DNA of 64,000 bases from Trichodelitschia bisporula (Eukaryota), in NCBI GenBank assembly GCA_010356995.1, contig ML996687.1:63803-127802 (forward strand), written 5' to 3'. The translations under genes and the position numbers were made by a program. Below the pieces are notes generated by a model that worked only from the letters and a program-made list of their open reading frames with translations, had not been told where the DNA came from and did no database searches. Positions within the stretch are counted from its first letter, which is position 1; each line of letters begins with the position of its first letter. Positions 13,507-25,113 of this stretch are shown here, in pieces.

Positions 13507-14453
13507 GTGGGTGGTGAACCCGGTCAGCCTGGCTGGGTGTTGGTTGCGTGGGTTTATGATGAGCAAGCACTCATCCTTGAGCCTCCTAACACCGCCAATG
13601 AGGCCGTGGTGAGGGTTAACGTCGTGGAGGACCAGCGCGGCGAAGTTGCCGCGAATGAGCAGTCTGGCGAGGCTGCTGCTGTTACAGGATAGCCAGTGTG
13701 GTAGGCACGTGGGACACGTGAGAGATCCAGCAGTTGCCAGATCAGGCAGGATGTGGTCTATGCTTGGCATCAGCCTACGCACAGGCCACCTCCTACAAGT
13801 AGACAGCTTAGCTGGAGAGCTTCACTCTCCATCCCCAGTCATCTATCACCTTACCGCTACAGCGTCCACTTTGCATTCAGCATACTGTGACAGCTGCGGA
13901 GAACCAGAATACCGGCGAGGACTCTAACAGGTAAGCCTTCCTTCCCCTAGTAACGCTTGTTGGACACGGTCCATCATAGACATGCAAGCTTGCTGTCTTT
14001 CCTCTGCCATCGCATGAACTGGTGCACCGTGAGTGCATCACCCTCTGAGCTCTGTTACACTCATCATACACACTCAAACGCGCACTCCTATTCCCACTCA
14101 CTACACATTCATTGAGCAAGCAAAGCCATCCCTAACCGGCCCACTTGAGCCTTTACGGACCGGAAGCTAACCCGTACTATAGGGAGTCCCAAGCGGACTC
14201 GAGCACCCCGGTTCAGTGCCATTCCTGCCCCGTCGCCCGCCGCCGGCAGAGCTTTGAGGACTACTCCCACCCGGTCCGCCATGTGCGTCACTCACACAAG
14301 CAGACTTACTACTGCTCGGTGATTGGCTGCCCCCGCAACTCGGCAGACCGGGCTCTTTGCTCGAGGGGTGCCGGCCTCGATCACCTACGGCGCCGTCACG
14401 CAGATATTCCGAATGCCACGTTAATCAGGGGACCACTGCCTCCACGTATTTAA
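13507..14453 (+). pseudogene. Decayed C2H2 zinc-finger gene, paralog of 15194-16493
   Basis: Last exon 14183-14453 encodes CPVARR..HVRHSH and YYCSVIGC..HLRRRH..GPLPPR. Phase-2 intron 13931-14182 (GTAAGC..GCTAAC..TAG). The upstream exon has in-frame TAGs (13800, 13809) and no clean start. Confidence 0.55.
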
Positions 14454-14538
14454 TAACTTGGAGGGGCAATAGTTGGGGACGAGGTCCACGGGAATGGGGC
14501 ACAACACATTATGAAGGAATTTGTTTGAAAGCTTTAAA

Positions 14539-14662
14539 GCGAATATTTTATGAGAGGATCTGTGGCGTTCGGAGCGAATATACCCATGGGGTTCTACAGT
14601 GTTAGGGGGAATATACTTCGGGGATTCTATAGTGTTAGAGCGAATATACCATTCGGAATTCC
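14539..14662. repeat. Degenerate ~33-bp tandem repeat with G(C/G)GAATAT core, about 4 units
   Basis: Cores at 14539, 14574, 14607, 14640; two units share GG(G/A)TTCTA(C/T)AGTGTTAG. Confidence 0.7.
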
Positions 14663-15193
14663 AAACCATCTGCTCGTGTCACGGACAAGATTGAGATCCA
14701 GACTGTGCGGCTTCTACATTGTGCACTGGGACGTCTTGGATTACATCTTCGACAGGAAAAGCTCTCTGTGAGGTAGGCGACATGGCGGAGGGTCGGGGAG
14801 GCACCATGGCAAGGGCAGCAGGCTGCACAGCGCCTTCGACGGAAACTCTGCCTTCGACAGAAGGAAGCTGGCGGGTGCTGGTCGCTTCAGCCGCCAAAAA
14901 GGTAGGAATAACAGTGCAAAGGCAGGAGCCTTCAATGACGCATCCCACGACAACTACCACCTTTGTGATCGCCCTGCAAATATCAGTTTTGAATCTATCT
15001 CTCAGCACCAGGGCATTCTCAGCCGTATGTCATTTCTTTAGTCAGACATCACCGGTCTTCATTAGATAGCACCACGCTTAGTTGCCCATTCCAACTCTTT
15101 ACAGATTCACAAATTGATATCTCAAGCGCGAACACCTTTAGTGTTGATCCAATTGGGCGCGAGAATACCTTTAGCACTGGAACCGCTGTGGCC

Positions 15194-16493
15194 ATGGCAG
15201 CCGACGATACGCAGACCGAAAGCACTACCGCTTGGAACTTCAACGACTGGCCCGCTGGGAACTCCGCAGACTGGGCCAACGCCGCCGGGAACCCGGACGA
15301 CTGGCTGTGGATGCCTGTGAACATTGACTACCGGGCCACTAGCGACGTCGGTGACTGGGATTCCGGGCAAGATGCAGAGGGCGAAACGGATGGGGAATGC
15401 AAGGCGTCGAGAGAAACCGATGAGGGGAAGGTGGTCACCGCTGCTGCTGGGAACTTTTACGGCGAAGACGCTACATTTCACGCTCGTGGCGAGCCCGACG
15501 ATGCCAACGTGGGGAGTACTGCGGCTGGGAACATCCATGGCAAAGACGCTGGGCTTTATGCGGAGGGCGGACCTGACAACGGGAAAGTGGAGAGCACAGT
15601 CTCTGGAATCAATCACGACGAAGACTTTGAGCTCTTTGTACGTGGCCAAACGGACCACATATTTAACACGCCTGGCAAAATCAACGATGAGAAGATGGGT
15701 AGCACAGCCACTGTGGATATGTCCGACAAAGACTTCTGGCGCTTCATATACGGCCTAAACAACTGCGCATAGGATGCGCCAGGCAAATGCGACGATGTGA
15801 AGGTAGAGAGCACTGCAACCGGGCAAATCCATCACCAGGACTTACGGCTCGTACGGCTCCACGCACAAGGCGAACCCTGCGCCAGAATCAATGCCTCTAG
15901 TGAAGCCGACAGGAAACACGACATCGCTGGGAAAGCACCTACCAAGGTGGAACGACCTAGCAAAACCCAGGGTGGGGCAATCAAGAGGTTAGTAAACAGC
16001 CCCAAAGCTTCGTGAGTATTTGCATATGGACAAGGATCACAGTGTTGTCAATCGCGTGATGTGAAGAATATATATCAGTCTCCACGACTCTCGGACCCAG
16101 CCCCCTTCGACCTGAAAACACTGAGCCAAACTCGGCCCACCTCGTTTACAGTTTACACGGCTAACCTTGTTCAGTGTGCCTGCAAGCTCCCGCTTCGTTT
16201 ATGCCTGCGGGGTGCCCGGCTGTCAGAAAAGGTTCGAGAGCCGCTACCACCGCACGGGCTACAAACATCATCTGACACACCATCACACTCGCGTGTATTA
16301 TTGCCCGGTGGAAGGATGTTTACTGCACTGGGCTGCAGAGCAACCGAACCATAGGTCAAGGGCCTCCGTCCGGAGGCACATACAACGCCAGCATGGAGGC
16401 ATCGATAAAGTAGGCGATGCTGTTCCTGGGCCGGATCCTCCTAGACCCCCACCTCGCATGGTCTTGAGAGACGAGGACGACAAGAGCAGGTAG
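15194..16493 (+). CDS. Acidic-repeat + tandem C2H2 zinc-finger protein (~378 aa) with a single in-frame TAG at 15770-15772 (recoded gene or recent pseudogene)
   Basis: ORFs 15188-15772 and 15797-16015 share a frame and the same peptide repeat. Phase-2 intron 16012-16174 (GTGAGT..GCTAAC..CAG) joins them in frame to YACGVPGC..HLTHHH / YYCPVEGC..HIQRQH. Confidence 0.65.
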
Positions 16494-16793
16494 TCTTACC
16501 AATTGAAAGACAGGACAAGTCCGGCCTCATTGTTGCCAATGCTGATAAACCCAAGCATTACTGCTAGACACTCCTGCTAACACGTGGGGTAATGGCGCCA
16601 TCAGTTCGGTAAAAACTCGAGCTTGCCGCTGACATCAGACCCGACTACCTTGCTGGCTTCTCTTTCTTAAGCTGGTGGTGTATGCGAAGAGTGCCTAGGT
16701 ATCGTACTGTACATAGGGCGGCCGAGCCGATCACCGCAGCTCCTCCCCACACTCACTCGGCCCGCAGCCCGGTCCTCCCTCCGCCACCCATCC

Positions 16794-18306
16794 TCACCGT
16801 AACTCCACCCCCAACTTCTCAACCAACTCCCTCCTCACCCCCTCATGCAACCCATTCACCTCCTCATTCGTCAGCGTCCTCTCCAAACTCCTATAGTTAA
16901 TCCTGTAACACAAACTCCTCCTCCCGGTCTTCGGATGCCTGAACTCATCCACCAGCCGCACATCCTCCACAATGTTCCCCCCCACCCCCCTAACCAGCTC
17001 CATAACATCATTCTCATGGAACCCCGCCGTCGTCGCGCTCGGCGCCGGCCCCGCACCCCCTCCCCCCGCTGTGCTCCCAGTATGCTCCGCAACCCAAAAC
17101 GCCACATCCTTATAACACGCCGGATACTTACTAAAAGCCTCAAATCTTGGCCACGCTCCCTCCATCCCCAACCCCCTAAACTGCCCTAAAAACCGCTCAT
17201 CCGTACTCCAAAAAAGCCGTATGTCCGGAATCCCAAACAGCAGCATCGCAACCCGCTCCAGCCCGAGCCCGAACGCCCACCCAGCGCGATCACCCGCCCC
17301 TGCACCGTCGAGGATGGAATGCTGCACGATCCCGCATCCGAGGATCTCGAGCCAGGATCCTTGGTACAGGACTTCGAGCTCCCAGCTCGGAGACGTGAAG
17401 GGAAAGTACGCTTCAACCCAGCGCGCTTTTATGGGTTCGTTAGCTTGTGAGGCAGGGCGGGGTGCGCGCGCGAAGACGGTTCCGATGAGACCTTCAAGGC
17501 TGCGCTTGAGGTGCGCGGCCATGGCTGTCGTAAGCTCCGGGTCATGTTGAGCTTGCAACGGGTTGCGCTGTGCGTGAAATGGCGGGTTCGTATCCTCGAC
17601 CTCAATGCGGACGGGGGGTGCGGGGATCGCCTCTGTCTCTGCGCGGATTTCGGCGATGGAGGAGGAGGACATCGACCATGTGTGCGCGCCCTCGATTTGG
17701 TGGAACACGGGGTAGTGGCTGCGGTCTATGGCGTCGCGGCGGTACACGTCTGCGGCGATGAGGAAGGGGGAGTTGGAGGCGCGGAAGAGGTCGGCTTGGT
17801 GGGCGGAGGTGTGGGTGCGGAGGACGGTGGAGGAATTGATGTAGTAGGTGTCGGAGGGGGAGCGGCCAGGGTGGTTTGGGGGGAAGGAGAGGGAGTCGAA
17901 GTTTTGGTGGGTGGTTACGACCGCCGGGAGGGTAGTGTGGCTGGTGTAGCGTGGGAAGCGGGATTCGATTAGGGAGCGTGTTAAAGCTAGCGGATGTGAG
18001 TCTTGCAGGTGAAGTTTCCGTGGGATGGCGGCGAGGATGCTGGACGGTGTGTTGGTCCAGCTGTCTGTGGGATAAGTCTGGGAGCCGATTGTAAGAGTTG
18101 GAGGGTACGCTGGTGCGTGTTAGTGTGTGGACGAGTGATTGAGGTGCAATGGAGCTGGCTGCTTGAAATAGAGAAGTACAAGGCTGAATAGATATATTTT
18201 GTGCGAGGCAGTACGTACATGAAGACACCAATCTGCGCTGGCAGCGGAAGCACAGCGTCTCACGAAATAACCGTGCAGCTAATCGAGCCGTCCGCGTCGT
18301 CAGCAT
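16794..18306 (-). CDS. MSF1: Mitochondrial phenylalanyl-tRNA synthetase, 2 exons
   Basis: LRTHTSAHQ, YRRDAIDRSHYPVFHQ, YFPFTSPSWELE, GWAFGLGLER and C-terminal FDX-ACB domain (SLCYRINYRSLERTLTNEEV). Intron 18110-18218; Arg-rich presequence MLTTRTARLAARLFR (alternative ATG at 18321). Confidence 0.95.
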
Positions 18307-18727
18307 GTTATGTGGAGCCATGGTAGACGAAGTTAAAGTTTTGGCCGAAAAGTGCATCACGAGCTTAGACATGGTGTTGCGGCGCCGACGCAAGCCGGGG
18401 CGGGATGAACAATAGGCCGAGCTAGCGGCCCCGACGTCGGTCGCAAAAAAGTTGGTCCAAGTGCATCGGAAAGTTGGAGAGACTCCACCACACTACATCA
18501 CCACTCTTTACCCGGCATTTGATTCCCGAGATACTCCACATTTGTTTACTCCGCGCTTGTTTACTCCGCTTCCGGGGTTAGTATCTTACTTGCGCATTAC
18601 CGGGCTTATTCCCATTGCGCTACTACGGCACTTCTCGGTATCTCTCTCACTACATCGTAGCCTTCTCCGCATCGGCTTCCGCTCTTTCACTCATTCTTCC
18701 ACCTCTGCATACAATGCGCCTGGCACA

Positions 18728-19748
18728 ATGGCGACAACAGCAGCGCAGGTGAAGAAAGACGCGAGCCCGCGCACACGTACAATCGCATACCCGTTCTGGT
18801 TCGGCGGCTCAGCGTCTTGCTTCGCAGCATGCGTCACACACCCCCTTGACCTCGGTGCGCCGCCTCTCACTCGGAGTCTCCCACTCGGAGCCTCTCCCTC
18901 TCACCTGAACGCACTAACACCACACAGTCAAAGTCCGCCTCCAAACTCAACACCATGGCACACGCCTCAACATGGCGCAAATGTTCCGGCACATCGTCGT
19001 CTCCGACGGACTCAAGGGTCTCTACTCCGGCGTACCACATCCCCTCCCCCCATTTCAACCTCCCCACTGACCAGCCTAGCTCTCCGCCTCCCTCCTCCGC
19101 CAACTGACCTACTCAACAACCCGCTTCGGCATCTATGAAACCCTCAAAAACCGCAGCACCACCGCGCCCACCCTCCCCGCCCTCATCGCCATGGGTCTCA
19201 CATCCGGCTTCATCGGCGGCATCGCAGGAACACCAGCCGACATCATAAACGTCCGGATGCAAAACGACGCCTCGCTCCCCGCCGCCAAACGCCGTAACTA
19301 CGCCAACGCCATGGACGGCCTGATCCGAATGGTGCGCTCCGAAGGCGCCGCCTCGCTCTTCCGCGGCGTAGGCCCCAACGCCGTGCGCGCACTGCTCATG
19401 AGTGCAGCACAACTAGTCTCCTACGATGGCTTCAAGGCGGCGATACTCGTGCACACGGACTTGAAAGATGGGACGGCGGTGCACATCCTCGCTTCCTTCG
19501 GGGCCGGGTTCATGGCGACGAGTATCTGTTCCCCGGTGGATGTTATCAAGACGCGGGTTATGAGTTCGCATGGCGGAGGGGGCTTGGTGCATATCACGCG
19601 GGAGCTCATCAGGACGGAGGGCGTGAAGTGGATGTTCCGTGGGTGGGTACCGAGTTTTATGCGTCTCGGCCCGCATACGATTGTTACGTTTTTGTTTCTC
19701 GAGCAGCATAAGCGGCTGTGGAGATGGGTTCGAGGCGTCGAGATCTAG
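18728..19748 (+). CDS. DIC1: Mitochondrial dicarboxylate carrier (SLC25), 3 exons
   Basis: YPFWFGGSASCFAACVTHPLDLVKVRLQT, GTPADIINVRMQND, SPVDVIKTRVM, FMRLGPHT. Introns 18855-18927 and 19032-19079. Confidence 0.93.
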
Positions 19749-20054
19749 GCGGATGATGATGTAGCGTTTGCGTATGCGTTGAGCGTGGACGATGTTACTG
19801 TACTGCATTGAGGGGCGTCGGCGGTTTTCTCGCGCGCGTTGTTAGATAGATGGAGCTCTGTTACACCGGATACGAAGACGGCGGTAATGCGGCATGTACT
19901 ACATAGACGGAGACGGCGCGGTTCTTCTTACGATAGACGAATACAGGACGCACAACTGAAAGGACTAGGAATAGCGGCAAGCCAGACTGGACTCCAGGGA
20001 CCTCCTCCACCATGATGGCGAGGATCACCAACTCACAAAACCAACTCTGACGAC

Positions 20055-22988
20055 TCACCGCACCACATCCCCCTCCTTCTCAATCCCATGCAACCCCTCC
20101 AAAATATCACTCCCCCCCAGCAACCCCCCCCTCCTCCCCAACCCTCCCCTCTCCTCCGCCCACACCTCATGAAACTTAATACTCGCATCACTAGTCCCCA
20201 CAACCAGCACCCCCTCCTCCCTCGTCCCCGCACACCAAACCCCCCCCTCCCCCCTCTCCCCCCCACCCCCAGGTCCCCGCGGATACGCAACCGCACACAA
20301 CGCCCTATGCTCATCGCCCCACGGTATCCGCACCACGACGCTGCAACTCGGCCATGCGAAAACCGCTATCCGCACCTTGTGCTCCGGCTGCGCAAATCCA
20401 AACGTAGCACACACTTCGCGCCTCGTCCGGCTCCACACCAGCCCCGTGACTTGCGCCGCGCAGTCTATCAATGCGAGTCGAGCCCCCGACCCGGCGTGCA
20501 CGAAGTGGATCCGCCGGTCATTACTCCCGCCCCCTATCGCCAGCAAGCCGTCCTGCCACGGACACCACGCCAGCGCCTTAATCGCCGCCCTCAGTTCCCA
20601 ACTATGCCCCGCCGTGCTGGCAGGCAGCATATAGGCCCCCGCCTCCAGCGCCAGCACCTGTCGTTCCGGACTCGGTGCCCGCGGGGGCGCCCCACCCGCC
20701 GCCGCAGCCGCGCGTAACACAGCGGCTGTGCTAAACGCGTGCGCCACGTTATCATTCCCCCCACTCGCGAACGCACTCCCGTCCGCCGCCCACGCTAAGC
20801 CACATATCTGTTGCGCATGGGCCAGGACGCGGGCACGCAGCGTCAGGGCGCCGGGCCAGGCGAAGAGGTCGCGTTGGGCGGGGGAGGGCCATTCTAGGTC
20901 GTAGATGTAGATATGCCCCGCCTCGTCGCCGACGAGAAGGACTTCGGATTCTATGGTGAGTTCCGGGTCCCGGGCGGATGGGGCGCGGTGCGTGGTGGGC
21001 CGGAAGGAGACGCAGCTTATTGGGGAGGGGTGGACGGAGTCGAAGCGGGGCTCGGTGTCGAGGGGGGACCAGAGGAGGAGATGACCGTCGGCACGGCCGA
21101 TTGCTAGGATGGCTTGCCCGCCTGCCGGGGAGGAGAATGCGAGGCTGGTGACGTGGGCGGTGGAGGGTGTGTTTAGAGAGGAGGGTGTGTCGGCGCCGTG
21201 GGTTTCGGACCAGAGATACACGTGCGTGCCTAGGCCGACGGCGAGGACGTTGGCGGTGGGGGAGTAGGCTAGTAGGGTGCAGTAGTAGTCGTCGCGGAGG
21301 GAGGGGGCGTCGAGGACTGTGTTTTTGTCAGCAGGGGGTCTCCAGCACGACAGGAGACATATCTGAAGGGGATGATCGGCACGGGGCGCGGTTTCTTGAT
21401 AGCCTTGCGCGGCCCTGTCTGTATTAGCCTCGTCCGCACCCCGAATCCTACAGTACTCACGTTCCACCCCCCCCTCCCTAACCCACTCCCCATCCCTCCA
21501 CTCCCTCCCCGGCGCCGCCATCTCCCTCCCCAACACCCTCGCCGCAACATCAACCCCACACGCCAACGCCACCCGTCGTTCATAAACCTCCGCCTCCGCC
21601 CCCCGATCCACCCGTTCCGCAAACCCAGCCACATAAAGCGGCGCACTCGTGCCCGGCGCCAACAACCCGCCCCGTCCATCCGCAACCCCAACAACACTAT
21701 CCCCCATCGCCGCCGCCCCGCCCCCAACCCCCCACACCGCACCGCCACTTATCGCCCTCCCGGTGCCCACGCCTCGGACGCTACTCGCGCCTTCGGGCCG
21801 TCCCGGGGTCCGCAGGGCCAGTGCCTCTGGCACGCCGAGCGCGCGGTATACATCCTCGACCGCGGGCGGCGCACGGGGCACACGCGCGGCAAACGGGTCT
21901 GACGCGTTAGCCCGGGACCGCATCACGCGCTCGGCGGGCGAGAGCTGGGACGGCGGCTTGGAGATGTGGAACGCGTCGGTTGGACTCGCGGTCGGTGTGC
22001 GGGGCGGGACGAACCGGTCGAGCGGGACTTTACGGCGTGGGCTCGGGGGAAGTTGGCTCGGCCGTAAGGGGGCGGTGTTCGTGCGGGGTGTGATGGGGGA
22101 GAGTAGGGAGGGGGGTGTGGATGCGAGGGTGAGTGTGGGAGTAGGGAGGGGCGTAAGCGGCGGGCGGGTCTTCGGCAAGGAGAAGTAGTCTGCCTCCGCC
22201 TGTGAGGGGGTGACGGACCCCGAGGAGACCGAGTACAGCGTCTCATCTGAGTCGGACCCGTCGTCTGCGCCATCTGTCTGTGTGCCATTGACTGGAGTCG
22301 CCTCGTTTTCCTTCGTTGTGCGCAGGCGCAATAGCTCGACGAGGGATGTTCTGCGGTAGGCGGGGCGGCGTGTAGGCGTTAGAGCCGCGCTCGCGGTACG
22401 CCGGGCGACCTTCGCTTTCAGCGGAGACTCCGGTGTACGGCCCGTTGCCTCCCATGGGTCGTGTGCTGGAGTCGTGGGCGTGACAGGCGTGACTGGGTGC
22501 GGGCCAGGCGAGGCGGCAGGGTGTGGGGTTGCGGACCGCGGGGGAAGCAAGCAGCCGTGGGGCGAGGGGAAGACATCTGAGCTCCGTGTGTTGAGGGAGG
22601 AGATATGTGCGGAGTGGACACGTTTTGGTGTCGGGGTGGAGAGTTGCGGGCCGAACACCTCTTCTAAGGACAGCGCACGGCGGGCCGGTGGGCGAGTCGA
22701 GCCTCGACCACCGTTGAATATACCGGGGGTATCGCCTTGATACGCAGTTCGATACTCAGGCGACGAGTCCACGTCGTCATCGGCAGGCGTACAGGGCGTG
22801 CCGAGATTACCAGAGTGCTGCAGGAGGCCGGCATCACCAGCCTTCCCCAGCAGCGTACCATCCCCTCCGTGCTCCCACGGCAAACAGGCGAAGGGAGCGT
22901 TGTCGAATAAAGCTAGCGGCTGGCACAGTGGGCCCGGGACGGTGAAGAATACAGATTGAGGCGGGCGATCCGCGGCGGCGACGTCCAT
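20055..22988 (-). CDS. AMA1: Cdc20/Fizzy-family WD40 APC/C activator, Ama1-like
   Basis: C-box LDRFVP, PFR|VLDAPSLRDDYY, HAQQICGLAW, ASGGNDN, AIKALAWCPW, GGGSNDR and a C-terminal VR tail. Long N-terminus and WD40 insertions fit the Ama1 subfamily. Introns 21415-21460 (GT-AG) and 21319-21362 (AT-AC). Start codon and subfamily assignment uncertain. Confidence 0.82.
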   Translation of the reverse strand: MDVAAADRPPQSVFFTVPGPLCQPLALFDNAPFACLPWEHGGDGTLLGKAGDAGLLQHSGNLGTPCTPADDDVDSSPEYRTAYQGDTPGIFNGGRGSTRPPARRALSLEEVFGPQLSTPTPKRVHSAHISSLNTRSSDVFPSPHGCLLPPRSATPHPAASPGPHPVTPVTPTTPAHDPWEATGRTPESPLKAKVARRTASAALTPTRRPAYRRTSLVELLRLRTTKENEATPVNGTQTDGADDGSDSDETLYSVSSGSVTPSQAEADYFSLPKTRPPLTPLPTPTLTLASTPPSLLSPITPRTNTAPLRPSQLPPSPRRKVPLDRFVPPRTPTASPTDAFHISKPPSQLSPAERVMRSRANASDPFAARVPRAPPAVEDVYRALGVPEALALRTPGRPEGASSVRGVGTGRAISGGAVWGVGGGAAAMGDSVVGVADGRGGLLAPGTSAPLYVAGFAERVDRGAEAEVYERRVALACGVDVAARVLGREMAAPGREWRDGEWVREGGVEREYCRIRGADEANTDRAAQGYQETAPRADHPLQICLLSCWRPPADKNTVLDAPSLRDDYYCTLLAYSPTANVLAVGLGTHVYLWSETHGADTPSSLNTPSTAHVTSLAFSSPAGGQAILAIGRADGHLLLWSPLDTEPRFDSVHPSPISCVSFRPTTHRAPSARDPELTIESEVLLVGDEAGHIYIYDLEWPSPAQRDLFAWPGALTLRARVLAHAQQICGLAWAADGSAFASGGNDNVAHAFSTAAVLRAAAAAGGAPPRAPSPERQVLALEAGAYMLPASTAGHSWELRAAIKALAWCPWQDGLLAIGGGSNDRRIHFVHAGSGARLALIDCAAQVTGLVWSRTRREVCATFGFAQPEHKVRIAVFAWPSCSVVVRIPWGDEHRALCAVAYPRGPGGGGERGEGGVWCAGTREEGVLVVGTSDASIKFHEVWAEERGGLGRRGGLLGGSDILEGLHGIEKEGDVVR
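21319..21362 (-). other. Non-canonical AT-AC spliceosomal intron (44 nt)
   Basis: Minus strand reads CCC TTC AG|ATATGT...GCTGAC AAAAACAC|A GTC CTC GAC GCC; removing it restores PFRVLDAP. Confidence 0.75.
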
Positions 22989-23359
22989 GGCTGGACAGCA
23001 AAAAAAAAAAAGGACTGAAACACACAAAGGCCCGGATGTCAAACGGGATGCGATATTGAGAAGACGGGGAGCATGAGATACGAAGCTAAGAGGCACACGG
23101 GTCGATTGCTTCGCTATGGGTTGCTGGTGTTAGTATCGTGCGGCCTTTGTGGTCCTGCGGTGTGAGCGCCTTTTGTTGCCTCTGCGAGCGCCGGTCTCCA
23201 CGTCGCCTTCCATGTCCACCAGCGTCAGTGCCGTCCATTGTCCCATTGCTGCTGGCCATCGAGTGCTGACCAGGGTCGCTTACCGCAAGCGTTGACGACC
23301 CACCCGCCAGGAAGCCGCAGGCACAACCGGCAGCATTCCCTTTCTGCCTAAGCTCCCCA

Positions 23360-25113
<1,754 letters not shown>

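Noticed and set aside
14539..14662. CRISPR-like spacing of GCGAATAT cores
   Set aside because: The 'spacers' resemble each other, repeats are short and degenerate, no cas genes, eukaryotic context; it is a minisatellite.
21319..21362. U12 (minor spliceosome) interpretation of the AT-AC intron
   Set aside because: Lacks the ATATCCT donor and TCCTTAAC branch; signals are U2-type.
23030..23150. Ndt80/MSE-like CACAAA sites upstream of Ama1
   Set aside because: Both read CACAAAG, missing the CRCAAAW consensus, and the start codon is uncertain.
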